64,000 nt of DNA from Gracilinanus agilis (Eukaryota), in the NCBI RefSeq assembly GCF_016433145.1, contig NC_058133.1, forward strand, positions 438,448,287 to 438,512,286, given 5' to 3'. The notes below the pieces were generated by a model. It ran no database searches and was not told the origin of the DNA. It was given only the letters and a program-made list of their open reading frames with translations. Shown here in pieces: positions 1 through 11,900 of this stretch. Both the position numbers and the translations under genes were made by a program. The number at the start of each line of letters is the position of its first letter. Position 1 is the stretch's first letter.

Positions 1-94
1 GTGCTGGGTGGCGGGGGGTGGGGTCGGCGGGGGCTGGGGGGGTCAGTAGCGACCCCTCTCCGGGACCCCACCCCCTCCCCTCCCCCAGGCTGAG

Positions 95-209
95 ATGGGG
101 AACTTGTTGGGCCTGGCTCCACTGGGAGCTCTGCCCCGCCGAAGCGCCCGTCGGGAGGAGCCGCTGCCCAACCCGGGGAGTTTCGATGAGTTGCACCGGC
201 TCTGCAAAG
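95..209 (+). CDS. TOMM40L: TOMM40L first coding exon (acceptor AG at 87-88; any non-coding exon 1 lies outside the window)
   Basis: ATG at 95; MGNLLG...ELHRLCK; donor aaag|gtggg. Confidence 0.95.
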
Positions 210-3200
210 GTGGGGAATACTAGCCAAATACCCGAGGCTCGTAACTCTATTCGTCATTGACTGAGCACCGATTGTTTGCAAAGCCCTGTACTTTTGGCCC
301 GGAGGGATATCAGTAATTGGTCTATTTTGGGGATAAGGAACATACAGAGGTAACTTATTAAGCCCATGTATAAGCCAATATTGGAGGCGCTGGGCGAAGT
401 GCTGAACATTCAGAGGAAAGCAGTATCTGTCTTCTGTGAGGTGACATTCTAATTGTTCGAACAACTATGTTACATACAATGTATACAATGTAAACGAAAA
501 GTACTCTCGGAGGGAAGTTGGAAGGAGCGGGTGTTGTGGGGGGCTCCTACTGGTAACCATCTGCAGTAGGTGGGAATTGAGCTGAATGTTAGAGGGAGCC
601 AGCAAGTAAGCAGGTTAAGTGGGGAGAGCATTCTAGGCATGGGGACAGGCAGGAAAGATGGAGTATCTTGGACAAGAGAAAGCAAATAGACCCCCATAAC
701 TAGATTGTAGAGTTCCTAGAGAGGCAAAAAGGGTAAGAAGACTACTATAAGGTATGCCTATTTGAAATCTGGAGACCCGAAGTCTGCCCTGGTCCCAGAG
801 AACTCCCGGGTGGGAAGTACCAGACTCGCCCAATTCTGACAGAACAATAGACCTTTAGGTAGACCTAATCAGATGTTAAATGCCCTTCTGTCCCAGTAGT
901 TTCTACCTAGGTATCAAAGTCCTCTCCCTGGTAGCCCAGCCCTTGGCTGGACCCTTTCCTTTTGTAACCATTGAAAACCATCTGCCTCTCCCCCATAATC
1001 CTGCCTTGGGCTTTCCATTTCCTTGTAATTATGGTAATGCCAATCAATCTTACTTCCCTATCCTAAATTCCCCAAAAAGTATATAAGTCCCCCAAGCTCT
1101 GGAGAAATCATCTATCTGTGGTTCAATCTCCCTGGTATAAGTCCCAGGAGCCCCAGGGTGTAGACCCTGTGAAGTTTTTTTTTTTGGCACTGGGCTCCAT
1201 GATAGTGGCTAATTATTGGACCTGTCTATCCTGATTAAAGACTTGGGTTTTTCTGACTACTTTAGTAGTTCTGTGTTATTTCCAAATTAACAGGTACAAT
1301 ATCACTTGTTAAGTACACCAGAGTATATGAGGTCTAAAAGGGAAAGAATAACTGGAGGAAATCAGAAACAGCTTCCTAGAGGAAGTGGCACTTGTGTTAG
1401 ACATTTAAGGTTAAAGAAAGGGGAGACATTTCAGATATACCAAATAGCATGACCGTAGCCATGGAAGTAGGGAGAACAGGGTATATATTTTGGGGCCAGA
1501 GTAGTCCAGTTTGGTGAGAGTCTAGAATACATAAGGGAGATTGGCATGAGATAAGATGGCACTAGATTGTGGAGGGCTTTAAATGCCAGGCATTTATTCA
1601 GTTCTTTATTCTGGCAATAGAAGTCACTGAAAGAATTTAGAAGAGGAGCATATGGAAGAATATTCTGTTTGTGGCATGAAGGATATCTTGGAATGGAATA
1701 GAGAATAGGAGTGGGAAACATCTGTTAGGAAGCTATGATGATAGTGGTGATGAATCATAATGAGAAACCCCTATGAGGATGGTGGCAGCAGAAACAGAGA
1801 AGTGGACAGATGTGAAATATACCAAAGAAGTAGAGCTGATAAGATAATTCCCAAGAACTGGGTGAATAACCCTGGAAGCAGTAGATCCCATTTGGTGAAG
1901 AGTCAGTAATTCCTTTCCGGAATCAATCCTTTCTCTTGGGGTGAGGTTTCCTTGTGATTGGAGGGTGCCTGTCTAGACTTATTATTTTTTTTTTTTTATT
2001 CCTCTACTTCAGATGTGTTCCCGGTACAGATGGAGGGAGTCAAGTTCATTGTCAACAAAGTTCTAAGCAGCCACTTCCAGGTGTTCTCATTTTCCTGTAG
2101 AGATCCCCTGGGCCTAATTTCTTCTACCCAGACCACCACTCCCTTATTCCAACCTATTCCTGAACCCTTCCATCCTGCCATCTATTGTTTCCAGCCTCTA
2201 GTTAGGCTGGATGACTCAAAATGGGAGGAAGAAAACCTGTAACTCCTGTATCCTTTTACCTCTCTTCTCTATGGGAAATGGTGCTGGTGTCAGCCCAGTG
2301 GGGTGGGAGGAAAGGAAAGAGGGATGGAAAATGACTAGGATGAAGCTCAGAGTGACCCTCATATATGTATGATGTTAAGGGTTCCCTTGAGTGGCAAGAA
2401 AGAATTATCTTGGTAATTTACCTTCCTATAACTCTTCTTCCTTAGGTGACCCACACTGTGCACATGAGTGCCCTGGGCCTGTCAGGTTATCACCTCCATG
2501 CCGCTTTTGTTGGTGACCAGCAGCTCAATTCCACTGAGGTAAGGGAACTAGACACTTGGTTTGTCTCTCCAGAAACCCAAGTGAATAGCTGAGTCTGGGA
2601 AGGTATGATGATGAAGGCTATAGAGTGCTCCTTAGGGAATAACCATTCTGTCTCTTCTCACTAACTTCTTCCACCCAAGTTTTTGATTATTCAATCAATA
2701 AACATTTATTAAATGCCTACTATGTGCCAAACTCTATCCTAAATACTTACCAAAAAGAGGCATAAGACAGTCTTTGCCCTCAAGGAACTTTCAATTTAAT
2801 TAATATAGAACATTCATTTTTTTCTGTCAGTTTACATTGTTGCCATTATTGTATGTATTATTTTACAGATTCTGCTTACTTCACCCTGCCACAGTTCATC
2901 TAAGTTTTTTTTCATACTTTTCTGAATTCTTCATATTTATCATTTCTTACAGTATATTAGTATATCATTATATCTGTATATCTTAATTTGTTTAATTGTA
3001 CCCTAGTGGATAGATACCTGTTTTGTTTTCAGTTTCTTGTTATCAAAAGAATATTTTGTGAATTTGTGAATACACAAGAATATCACATGAATATTTTGGA
3101 ATATATGAGACCTTTCTGACTTTGACCTTCTTGGGGTGGAAGCCTAGCTGGGAGATCTGTAAAAGGGTCTGGTTGTCTTAAGTCACTTTTTAACATAATC

Positions 3201-4977
3201 TCAAACTGCCGAACAGAATGGTCCATCCAATTCACAGTTCCATCAACAGTGGCTTTGCATGCTTGACTTCATAGATACGGTTCTTCGGTGAAATTTCTAG
3301 GATCCCTCAGAACTTAATATATCTGGGTAGTGTGGTTTGTGTACATCCTTATGGTTCCACCAGAGGGCACTGGATACAATTGTGAAAGTCCCTCCATTGG
3401 CTTTTGGAATGGGGATGCTGTTGCCCCACAGACCTCTCACCAGGCTACCTTCTCCAACAGGTGTTCCCCACTGTGGTAGGGGATATGGACAGCAGTGGTA
3501 GCCTCAATGCCCAGGTCCTGCTTCTTGTGGCAGAGCGACTCCGAGCCAAGGCAGTGTTCCAGGTGATCCCCATAGCACCCTTTTAAGGAGATGGAGAGGA
3601 GTAGGATCTGGGGTGGTGGGTTACCAAGGTCCGAAGATGTGGAAGGGATTGTGTACTTGTTGGGGTGGGGTTGGCGCTGGGTTAGAAGAGATAGAGGCTA
3701 ACTTCTTTTCCATCTAGACCCAACAAGCCAAGTTCCTGACATGGCAGTTTGATGGGGAGTATCGGGGGGATGACTATACCGCCACTCTGACACTGGGGAA
3801 CCCTGACCTGATTGGGGAATCAGGTGAGGGACCTGGATGGGGAGACACAAAGGGAGAGGGCAGAAACCTTGGGTGCCCAATGTTGACTGCATCTCCTTTT
3901 TTCTCCCTTTTTTGTCTATATGGTTTAAGGGTGGAGTTAAGAGGGAGGCTTCCTTCCTATAATGATACTACTTCAAGGGTTGTGTAGTTGGGAAAACTCC
4001 TGGTGGAGTCCTGGGCAAAGGGGGCTCCTGGATTATTCCCTGACCCCATGTTTCCCCACCTCCCACCTCCCCCCCACAGTGATCATGGTCGCTCACTTCC
4101 TGCAGAGCCTTACTCAACGTCTGGTGCTGGGGGGAGAGCTGGTCTATCACCGGCGCCCAGGAGAGGAGGGGGCTATCCTGACACTGGCCGGGAAGTACTC
4201 TGGTATGAAGTCAGACAGAATATGGGGATGAGGTTGGGGTGATTCTGATCTGCTCTGGGATCTGTGACCTATGTTCCATTAATGACCATCAGTGACCAGC
4301 ACCCCCTTTTGGTCCTTGCAGCTCTTCACTGGGTGGCTACACTGAATGTGGGGTCAGGCGGGGCCCACGCAAGTTATTACCACCGGGCAAATGAGCAGGT
4401 GAGGCCCCCTCCTCTCAAGCTAGGCTCATTGACTCTTTCCACCACTTCTGCTGGCCCTGCCATGTCAGATCCCACCTCTGAGCCCGGCTGGCCCTTTGGT
4501 GTTCTTCCCGAGGCATCTCATGGACTCTGTTTATCCTTCCATCCCTGCCCGTGGGGGCTCAGGTTCAAGTTGGAGTGGAGTTTGAGGCAAACACGAGGCT
4601 GCAGGACACCACCTTCTCCTTTGGCTACCACTTGACACTGCCCCAGGCCAACATGGCATTCAGGGGTGAGTATTGGGTCAGGGCAGAGGATCCTGCAGTC
4701 TTGGCTACAAGGACATCACTTAGCACAGTACCTGGCACATAGCAAACACTTAGTATTTATTGGCCAAGAGAAGGATGCCTGATCTGTCAGTGTGACGTTG
4801 GCTCCCTGACCCTGATGGTTTGTGCTCTTTTTTCCAGGCCTGGTGGATAGTAACTGGTGTGTTGCCGCTGTGCTAGAGAAGAAGATGCCCCCTCTGCCTG
4901 TCACCCTGGCACTTGGAGCCTTCCTGAATCACTGGCGAAATAGATTTCACTGTGGCTTCAGCATCACTGTGGGATGA
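95..4977 (+). CDS. TOMM40L: Mitochondrial import receptor subunit TOM40B, spliced gene (coding exons 95-209, 2013-2080, 2446-2538, 3461-3562, 3718-3823, 4080-4202, 4322-4398, 4563-4665, 4838-4977)
   Basis: The exons join in frame through GT-AG introns to 927 nt = 308 aa + TGA: [50 protein letters not shown]...[17 protein letters not shown]. This matches TOMM40L as I recall it. Confidence 0.97.
1270..1850 (-). mobile_element. Ancient L2 LINE fragment(s)
   Basis: Typical L2 relic text (gagggctttaaatgccagg...gaagtcactgaaagaatttagaagagg...); boundaries approximate. Confidence 0.55.
2013..2080 (+). CDS. TOMM40L: TOMM40L coding exon 2
   Basis: ttcag|AT...; (D)[22 protein letters not shown]; donor cag|gtgttc. 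Confidence 0.95.
2446..2538 (+). CDS. TOMM40L: TOMM40L coding exon 3
   Basis: cttag|[31 protein letters not shown]|gtaagg. Confidence 0.95.
2835..3260 (-). mobile_element. Old L1 3' ORF2/UTR fragment
   Basis: Degenerate antisense L1 ORF2 C-terminal sequence; boundaries approximate. Confidence 0.5.
3357..3370 (+). promoter_or_regulatory. CTCF-binding motif in a TOMM40L intron
   Basis: CCACCAGAGGGCAC is a full match to the CTCF core CCASYAGRKGGCRS. TGTACATCC lies 8 nt upstream, at the spacing of the CTCF upstream motif. Confidence 0.6.
3461..3562 (+). CDS. TOMM40L: TOMM40L coding exon 4
   Basis: aacag|[34 protein letters not shown]|gtgatc. Confidence 0.95.
3718..3823 (+). CDS. TOMM40L: TOMM40L coding exon 5
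   Basis: tctag|[35 protein letters not shown]|gtgagg. Confidence 0.95.
4080..4202 (+). CDS. TOMM40L: TOMM40L coding exon 6
   Basis: cacag|(V)[40 protein letters not shown]|gtatga. Confidence 0.95.
4322..4398 (+). CDS. TOMM40L: TOMM40L coding exon 7
   Basis: tgcag|(A)[25 protein letters not shown]|gtgagg. Confidence 0.95.
4563..4665 (+). CDS. TOMM40L: TOMM40L coding exon 8
   Basis: ctcag|[34 protein letters not shown]|gtgagt. Confidence 0.95.
4838..4977 (+). CDS. TOMM40L: TOMM40L last coding exon
   Basis: tccag|(G)[45 protein letters not shown] (TGA 4975-4977). Confidence 0.95.
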
Positions 4978-5271
4978 GAAAGCTGGAGGTGGTGCATCTG
5001 AGCACTTGAAGTCATCAGAGAGAGAGAGGGTCAGGGTCTGGGACCCTCCCCAGAGGCCAATTTACTCAGTATGACTCCACTGGACAAGTGAAGGCCTGGA
5101 CAGAACCCCCTGCCCACTGGAGCTGTCACTATGGGCAGGATGGGAGTCTCTCTTGTCTTCACCCAGGACTCCAAGCTGACTGCTTTCCTCTCCAAGCCCT
5201 TGAGTCTGGCAGGCTCTGGACTGAGGGGGAGGGCTATGATTATGTCTGATTGCTTTCTTCCATCCCTGTGT

Positions 5272-5277
5272 ATTAAA
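5272..5277 (+). terminator. Candidate proximal polyadenylation signal of TOMM40L (ATTAAA)
   Basis: ATTAAA ~295 nt after the stop; the next canonical AATAAA on + is at 6941-6946. Confidence 0.4.
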
Positions 5278-5537
5278 GCTGGTCCTGCTCCTCACTGACC
5301 CTCATTGGAGCCTAGAGACCAAGGTGGGTGCAAATCCCATCCTGCTCATCGGCTCTGGGCTAGTACTTGAGTTGGGAACAGGGTCGTGGCTGCTTCAGCC
5401 TGTTCCCAAAGAGCACCACTTCACTTGTGAAACCAGCTCTGACCCCTTCCCTGTGCAGACTAGAGAATGAATGAATGAATGAATGAATATATGGCCCTTC
5501 CTCGAAGCAGCATGAAGACATGGTGTTGCCTTAGTCC

Positions 5538-5543
5538 TTCATT
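5538..5543 (-). terminator. Candidate non-canonical polyadenylation signal of NR1I3 (AATGAA)
   Basis: The minus strand reads ggttacAATGAAggactaaggca ~245 nt after the CAR stop. I saw no AATAAA/ATTAAA on minus between the two stop codons. It resembles my recollection of the human NR1I3 mRNA end. Confidence 0.4.
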
Positions 5544-5788
5544 GTAACCTTCTGGTGGGCTGTGTGGTCCCTGGACCTGTTTTTCTTACTACAGTCTGGA
5601 CGTGAATCCCACCATGACCCTGTAAGAACCATATAGAGTGGAAGGGCAGGGCAGGCTGCTGTGATTGCCTAGGAAAGCCACAGCAGCAGTGTGGGGAATG
5701 TGCCAGGTGGGTAGGCAGGGACAGGTTGTTAGCTAAGGATGCTCTAGGCAGGGGGAATGGGGTTTGGGGTGGGTGGGTGGGCAGGGTT

Positions 5789-5918
5789 TCAGCTGTAGAT
5801 TTCCTGGAGCAGAGGCATCAGGGCCGACAACTCCTGGATGTGCTGCAGCTGGCGTCCGTACTCAGTGCTGAGACTTCGAAGTTCTGCCAGCAGCCCAAGC
5901 ATCTTTGCGTACAAGAAC
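5789..5918 (-). CDS. NR1I3: NR1I3 last coding exon (helices 10-12/AF-2)
   Basis: ctgcag|[42 protein letters not shown]. Confidence 0.95.
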
Positions 5919-8900
5919 CTGCAGGGTTGAAAATTACTGGCTGGGTCACCTATTCAGAACTTCTTGAGCCTCCCCCTCCTCCTCCCAAGGGAAGAGAAAG
6001 CAAAGAAAAATAGGCCAAAGTTTCGTAGATTTGAAGGTTTAGCCCTGGGCCCCTGAGTCTTCTCCACTGAGCAGCTATGAAAGTAAAGCTTAGGCGTAAA
6101 AACTAAAGAAAACCAAACATGCGTTCTAAAAGAATCAGCCAGCAGGCCCAAAATACATTGACTTAGTGGCCTGTCAGGGTCTGACTCCCTCTCTGGCATA
6201 AACACACACAGTGTGTGCTGTTGACAGGGACAGGGAGTCTAAACAGGGTCCTGTGAAGGCTGGAGGCAGGACTGTGTTAAGGTGATGGCAGATCTTTTAA
6301 GAGAAGCTGGGCTGAAAATTGGTTCCAAAGGGCAGCTAAGTGGCTTGGTAGATTGAGAGTCAGGCCTAGAGACAGGAGATCCTGAGTTCAAATTTGGCCT
6401 CAGATACTTTCTAGTTGATAGGCCCTTGTATGGGCATGTCACTTAACCCCAATTGCCTAGGCACTCTTTTGCTTTGGAACTTATATTTAGTATTGATTCC
6501 AAGACAGAAGTAAGGATTTTTTGTTTTGTTTTTAAATCAAGAAAATGGGTTCTAAGAGTTCATGCTCTTTGTAGGACAAGGGAAGCAAGTTATGGCGAGT
6601 TTTAACCTTTTCTTGAGGTGGTTCTACAAAGAACAGAGAAAACAAGGAGGGAACACCCAAGATTGAGGAAGAAAAAAATCAAGAATGCTTTGACATTTGG
6701 TCACATAAGGGTCTTGGGGTTAGTTTTCACTCTTAAGTCCAAAGGGAAAGGAAAATCAGAGAAAGTTAACAAATACAGAAAAGGACAGCTGAGAAAAGAA
6801 AATCGAGAGAAAAAGTGAGAGGGGTTAGGATTCTTTAAAGAAACAGGATTGGGATTGTTGAATAGTTGGGTTGGTTATTTTAAGAATTAGAAGAATGGTA
6901 ATATAGAACACAGGATTTGGCTATTTTTCTCTCACTAATGAATAAAGGACTAGAAAAAATAGATTTCAATTACAGAAGGAGGGATTTATCTATGAGGCAT
7001 GTGAGATACAAGGACTACCTTTGTCCAAGGAGAAAGACTAAATGACCCTTGGAGAACCTAGTCCACAAAAGGTAAGGGATACTTGGAACCAACATTGGGT
7101 CTCAGTTAAGTCAATGAACTTAGGCTCTTGCTATGTGGAAGGTGCAATGCTAGACCTTGAGAGGCAGATGTTTTACTAAAGACAAACAGGCTTAGAACAA
7201 CCCCGTGAAGAGGTGTGATCCCTTTTATTCAGATGGGAAACAAGTTCAGAAAGGATGTTATTCCCCTCTGGTAGCACAGCAAATAAGTGTTCAAGGCAAG
7301 ATTTGAATTTGTGTTTTATTGATTCCAAACTCAGTCACTGCTCTATTTGTTACCCCATACTTCCACTTGGGGCTAGGGACTCTAAGGGAAGTAAGGAGGG
7401 AATGTATTCCAGGCCTGAGGGAAAAGCCTGTGTGAAGCTCTGGAAATGGGAGGGTGGGATGCATTGTTTCAGTCAAGTCACCATTTGGGCTTTTTTTTTT
7501 AGCAAAGATAATGGAATAGTTCACCATTTCCTTCTCAGGCTCCAGAGGCCAACTAAGTTAAATGATTTGCCCAGGGTCATACAATTAGTGTCTGAGGTCG
7601 GATTTGCATTCAGGTCTTCCTGACTCCAGGTTCTAGTATATATATACTTCATGGCAGCTAGATGGCAAAGATGTATATATATATATATATGACATATGGA
7701 AGGCTAAGGAGTTTAGATTTTTTTTCTAGAAGTAACAAGATATCACTGAAGAGTTTTTAGCAGAGGAATGATGTCAGACCTCTGGAGTAATGATTTGGAT
7801 GAAAGGGAAAAGGTGGAAAGAGATTAGAAATAAGAAAGCCAACTAGGAATCCATTGTAAGGATCCAGGTTAGAAGTGATGAGGACCTGAACTGGGGTTTG
7901 AGGGTAGGGGGACAGGAATGTTAACTGGTCAGTCAAGCATGGACCTACTATGTGCTGCCAGGCATGTGCTAGTTGCTAGGGATACTAATACAGAGAATAG
8001 TAGATGCAAAAGATAATAGTGAAGACAAGATTAACATGAGTTGGTCTATGGAAGGTGAAGGAGAGAGGAGTCTAGGTTGACTGCAAACCTAAGTGACTGG
8101 GAAAGATGGTGGTCCTATCAGCAGAAATAGGGAAATTCAAAGGAGATATGGGCTGGGGAGGGGTGGGAATGAATTCTGTGTGGACCATTTTGAGTTTGAA
8201 ATGCTAATGGGACATTCATGCTGAGACATCTGGCAGGCATTTGACAATGTAGGCCTAGAGCTCTCAGGAGAGTTTAGAACTAAATATATAGATTTAGTAG
8301 TCCTGTGGAAAAGTGATCTTTGACCTCAGGAGAGCTCATATCTCAAGAGAGTGAAAAAGCCCATAACATAACCCAGGACAACATCCATACTAGAGAGGCA
8401 AGAAATAAAGAGAGAAACTGAGGGGTGTTCAGAAGTGCTAGGAGAAAGCTTTGTGTAAGCCAAGGGAGGAAAAAGTATCTAGGGAGGGGGTGGTTGACCA
8501 TATTGAAGGTTGTAGAGATCAGAATGCAGATTGAGAAAAGGCCAATTGGATTTGGTAGTTGACATCCTTATTAACTTTGTGCAAAGTATTTTTTGTTGAT
8601 TGGTGGAGTGGGGAGCCAAATTATAAGTGAATGGAAGGTGAGGACATGGAGATAGAGTGTAGGTGATTTTTTCGTGGAAATTGGCTGGGAAAGGGAGGAG
8701 AATTCTAGGAGGAAGAACTAGACAGCCCTTTAGGTCCCACCCAACTTTGCAAATCTGATTCTGGATGGTGGAGGTGATGGCAGGATCTACCAAAACTTTT
8801 CCAAGCATGTTCCAAAAAGTCAGGGAAGGAATTAGTGGATGAGAAGTTGAAGATGAAAGAGGGATTTATTGATTGGTGAAAAGAAGACTGGGATGAACAG

Positions 8901-11900
8901 TGCAAATAGAAGGGTGGACCTTGACATCTCTGCAAGAGACTGGGGCTGAGAAATGAATGGGACATGATATAAGGTTGTTTTGGAGTAGAACAGAAGAGGA
9001 AGTTCATTGACACACTCCTACTCTTGGGGGGTCACAATCCCGCCCTTGTGTGGTTCTGCCCTTGTGTGAGCTTTGTGTAAGCTGGCTCCCTCATGGCCAC
9101 CAAACTGGACATATGCTACAGCCCTGAGCCCCCAGAGTAGACTAGAGTCCAGTGAAGAAGTGAGGACCATGGGGAAAAGGGTGGCAATAGAAGGGAAAAA
9201 GATTGTTCTACTTGCTATTTTTTTTTGTGACCATCTCCAATGATGCCTCAGGTTCTGACAGGAAAAAAAAAATGCAAAGCAGGAGTGGGGAATCCCTTGC
9301 TGAGATAATATAGGTTGGAGACTTGTTCCTACCGGCCTTGGGGCCGAGCTTGCTGGCTTCTGATGTAGTTCTGTAGTGTCAGTGCCATCTCTTCTTGGAA
9401 CTGATCGATTTGCTCCCGTTGTGTCACACCAGGTCGGTCTGGGGGACAAGAACAGGGAAGTAGAGATGGTAGAGTTGTCTCGGGTCTACCTGAGGGGTAG
9501 GAGACAGAGGGATGGGACTCAAGGGGCTTTATTGAAGAAGTGATGGGGATAGAGCTTTGGGCATTTAGGGATTTCTCACCAGGAGAGAAGAGGGCCAAGG
9601 CAGCCATAAGCACATATTCAGGCTCCTGTAGCTTCAGTCGCCTCAGTGTCATGTGGAAACGAAGCATTAACTCCAAAAAATGCTCCTGAAACCCCACTAA
9701 AATACACAACGAACTCAAGGGCAAGACCATAGCTTCCCAATCTGCCTCCCAAGCCTTCCCCTGCCACCTTCTATAAGGGAGAGTGCATGGGCAGCTGTGC
9801 CCCCTTACCATGAGCTCCATCTTGGAAGGTATATCGGAGAGGTCCACATAGGAAAGCTTGGCTTTGAGTACAGAAAATGGTGTTGAGTTCGATGTGACAG
9901 ATTTCCAGGGCTGCACCCTTCAATAGGGATATCTGGTCTTCTATGGGCAGACACCTAGAGGGTGGAGGAACAACAAAGGAAGCCACCAAGTGGGACTGCA
10001 GGGAGACTCACTGTTGAAGATTCAAGGGGCCAAGTCAAGGTAGGGAGCAACAAGGTTGAGAGTGGAAGAATTGGTCATGGAAACATTAGAGAGGGGTAGG
10101 GAAGAAGCATTTCCCAGATTGCTTGAGGGTGGAAACACTGACCGGAAATGAGGCAGGTCTTTGGTGAACTTGATCACTTGTTCTACCATGAAAGTGCTGA
10201 TGTCTGCTAGGTGTATAAGCAATGGTAACACAGGTGGCAGAAAGGGTACAGGCTGGTGTTGGATGAACAGATGGGCTGGGGGCTAGAAGAAACAAAAGAC
10301 TAACTCAGAGGTCTTGGCTCAAGGATGTACTTGATGCTTTTAGCTCTCCCAAAGAGAGGACCTAGGCTAAAGGGGCCAGTGGCCATTAAGAAGTTATAGA
10401 ACCAAAACTGGAGATGGGAATCTCTGGCCTTAGATACATCCTAGATGTGTGACCCTGGGAAAGTCATTTAACTAATCCTTACTGCTCTTCTGCCTTAGTT
10501 CTTTGTATCAGTTCTAAGAGAGAAGGTAAGGGTTTAAAATTTTTTTAAAGTTATGTCAAGGTGGCTCATTGGATAGAGATCCAGATTTGAAGAAAGGAGG
10601 TCCTGGGTTCAAATTTGTTGGGAAAGTCTCTACCCTGATTGCCTGGCCCTTACCTCTATTCTACCTTGGTACAGATACTTAATATCATTTCTAAGACAGA
10701 AAGTAAGGATTTTAAAAAGAAGTTATGTCTTCAAGAGCTGGCATCCCATTTGTTATCTTTCCAACCTCTTCCATGGGTCAGCCTTCCCTAGTGTTCTGGC
10801 TCCACTCTCCCCCGACCCCTTCCTCTGGGCTCTTCACACCTTTATTCCAGCAGGTACTCACCCGGAACTGTACAAATTGGTCAAACATGGTGCTCACATG
10901 GCGGGCATGAGCCCCCAGGAACACCTGGACTAATGTCTCCTGCTTCTCACTCAGCTGCACAGTTTTCTGCTCTGCCTGCCTCTGGGCCTTCCTTGCCCGC
11001 CTCTGTGCCAGGACTTCTGCTGACAGGATCACTGTGCTCCAGAAGAGGCATAAAAGAGATGCAGAAACTGAGAGAGATGGAGTCTGCCTTCTCTAAACCC
11101 CCAAACTAGAAGCTCCTTGGGGCCAAAAACCAAGGCCTACCGTGGCTATAAAGTTGCCCATAATTTCCCTCAATGGCTACCAGGGTCTGGAAGACTTTTA
11201 AAGTTCCTTAGAGAAAAGGTTGTTTGTGGGGAGTCTCTAGTCTATTTTCACAAAATATGCCAGCTTGCTGCAATAGGGAATAGCCTGGGATGGGGAGAGT
11301 GCCGGAAAGATCTGTGATGTCAGGGCCTCTCACACATGCTGTAGTAGAAGAAACTGGGTTTGCCCACTCTGGTAAAAGGAGAAAGACTGTTCTATGGGTG
11401 CGGAAGTGATGTGAGAGGGTGGGGACCACAGGTGTAGAGGTGACAATCCTGACCTCAGGTTCTTAGTGCCTGGAGAAGGAGAAAGTGGAAGGTTGGGCCA
11501 GGGGGCAATAAGATGACCCTTAGAGTTAGATGGCCAGTATGAAGTAGTGGCAGGATTTGAACCCAGGCCTACCGAGCCTAGTGCTCTCTCCACAGCACAC
11601 CTCACTTCCCAGGGGATAGGTTGGGGTGGACTCACTGTCTTTCCTCATGCCCGCATCGAGGCATTTCTGTAGCCTGCAGGCTGGGCAATGGCGCCTCTGG
11701 TTTTTGCTGACCTCACAACATTGATCAAAAGGACAGGTGAGTCCCATACCTTTGTTGATAGTTCTCCTGTGAGAAACAGAGAAGTGGCTGGAGGCAAATG
11801 AGGCACAGGAAAGAGCCAAAGAGAAATGGAAGTTATGGGTAGCTTGGCATGAGGATGGTCTTGAGGGAAATGCATGTAGGGTAGAAGGTGTGAGCTGATC

